From assembly GCA_044361845.1 (NCBI GenBank), contig JBIKIB010000001.1:1-38317 (forward strand): a stretch of 38,317 nt of DNA, written 5' to 3'. Of this stretch, positions 38,187-38,317 are shown piece after piece. Positions within the stretch are counted from its first letter, which is position 1. The number at the start of each line of letters is the position of its first letter. A program made the position numbers and the translations under genes. This stretch comes from Chitinophagaceae bacterium (GTDB lineage: Bacteria > Bacteroidota > Bacteroidia > Chitinophagales > Chitinophagaceae). The notes under the pieces were generated by a model. That model was not told where the DNA came from. It ran no database searches and saw only the letters and a program-made list of their open reading frames with translations.

Positions 38187-38317
38187 TCATTCCCCCCCCC
38201 GATAAGGCTTTAATGCGATACCTTTATCTCTCAAAAGGTCGAACTTTTTTATTGAAACACCTGCAAATTGGACTGACCGGTTGAAATCCACATATTTTAG
38301 CATCTTCCATCCCGGTA
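38187..38317 (-). CDS. Possible 3' end of an unidentified gene entering from the right edge
   Basis: Only one - frame is open from the edge to 38187: ...PGWKMLKYVDFNRSVQFAGVSIKKFDLLRDKGIALKPYRGGE*. Confidence 0.4.
   Translation of the reverse strand, partial: PGWKMLKYVDFNRSVQFAGVSIKKFDLLRDKGIALKPYRGGE
38192..38200. repeat. C9 (G9 on -) homopolymer
   Basis: Directly visible; the longest G/C run I noticed in the window. Confidence 0.9.

Noticed and set aside
1-38317. CRISPR arrays, tRNA/rRNA, IS elements, prophage genes, invertible-promoter recombinase
   Set aside because: No spaced repeats, RNA gene signatures, transposase or integrase found by eye. The 5' part of the glycan locus lies outside the window.

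Overview
A 38.3-kb chromosomal window from a Bacteroidota bacterium, probably Chitinophagaceae-like, judged from gene content, repeated TAnnTTTG -7 promoter elements and signal peptides ending in AQ. Bases 1-16607 are the distal part of a Wzy-dependent surface polysaccharide locus: a partial asparagine-synthetase-like gene, GT2, four GT4s, Wzy, a CapK-like adenylating ligase, an OafA-type acyltransferase, an SDR epimerase/reductase and a MraY/WbpL-type initiating transferase, followed by a convergent AsnB-like amidotransferase and a CapD/WbpM dehydratase. Bases 17068-38317 are mostly housekeeping: DUF6089 barrel, ndk, nrnA, FKBP, folP, DUF1599, DoxX/MauE, DppB-like permease, CBS, dciA, recF, pdhA, TPR, ribH, LutA-like, EVE, cobB, saccharopine dehydrogenase, GYF-like, gyrA, TPR and an HD hydrolase. 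I see no rRNA, tRNA, CRISPR array, integrase or transposase, and I cannot demonstrate a new system from sequence alone. The best leads are (i) a symmetric 75-bp face-to-face promoter/palindrome element joining folP to a tandem DUF1599 gene, a candidate folate-pathway pyrophosphohydrolase, (ii) a glycan-tailoring set of two amidotransferase-like proteins, a ligase and an acyltransferase, (iii) an EVE gene beside a cysteine-free sirtuin, (iv) DnaA-box-like motifs before gyrA, and (v) a G9 tract at an ORF junction at the right edge. All calls come from manual motif recognition; no database searches were run.
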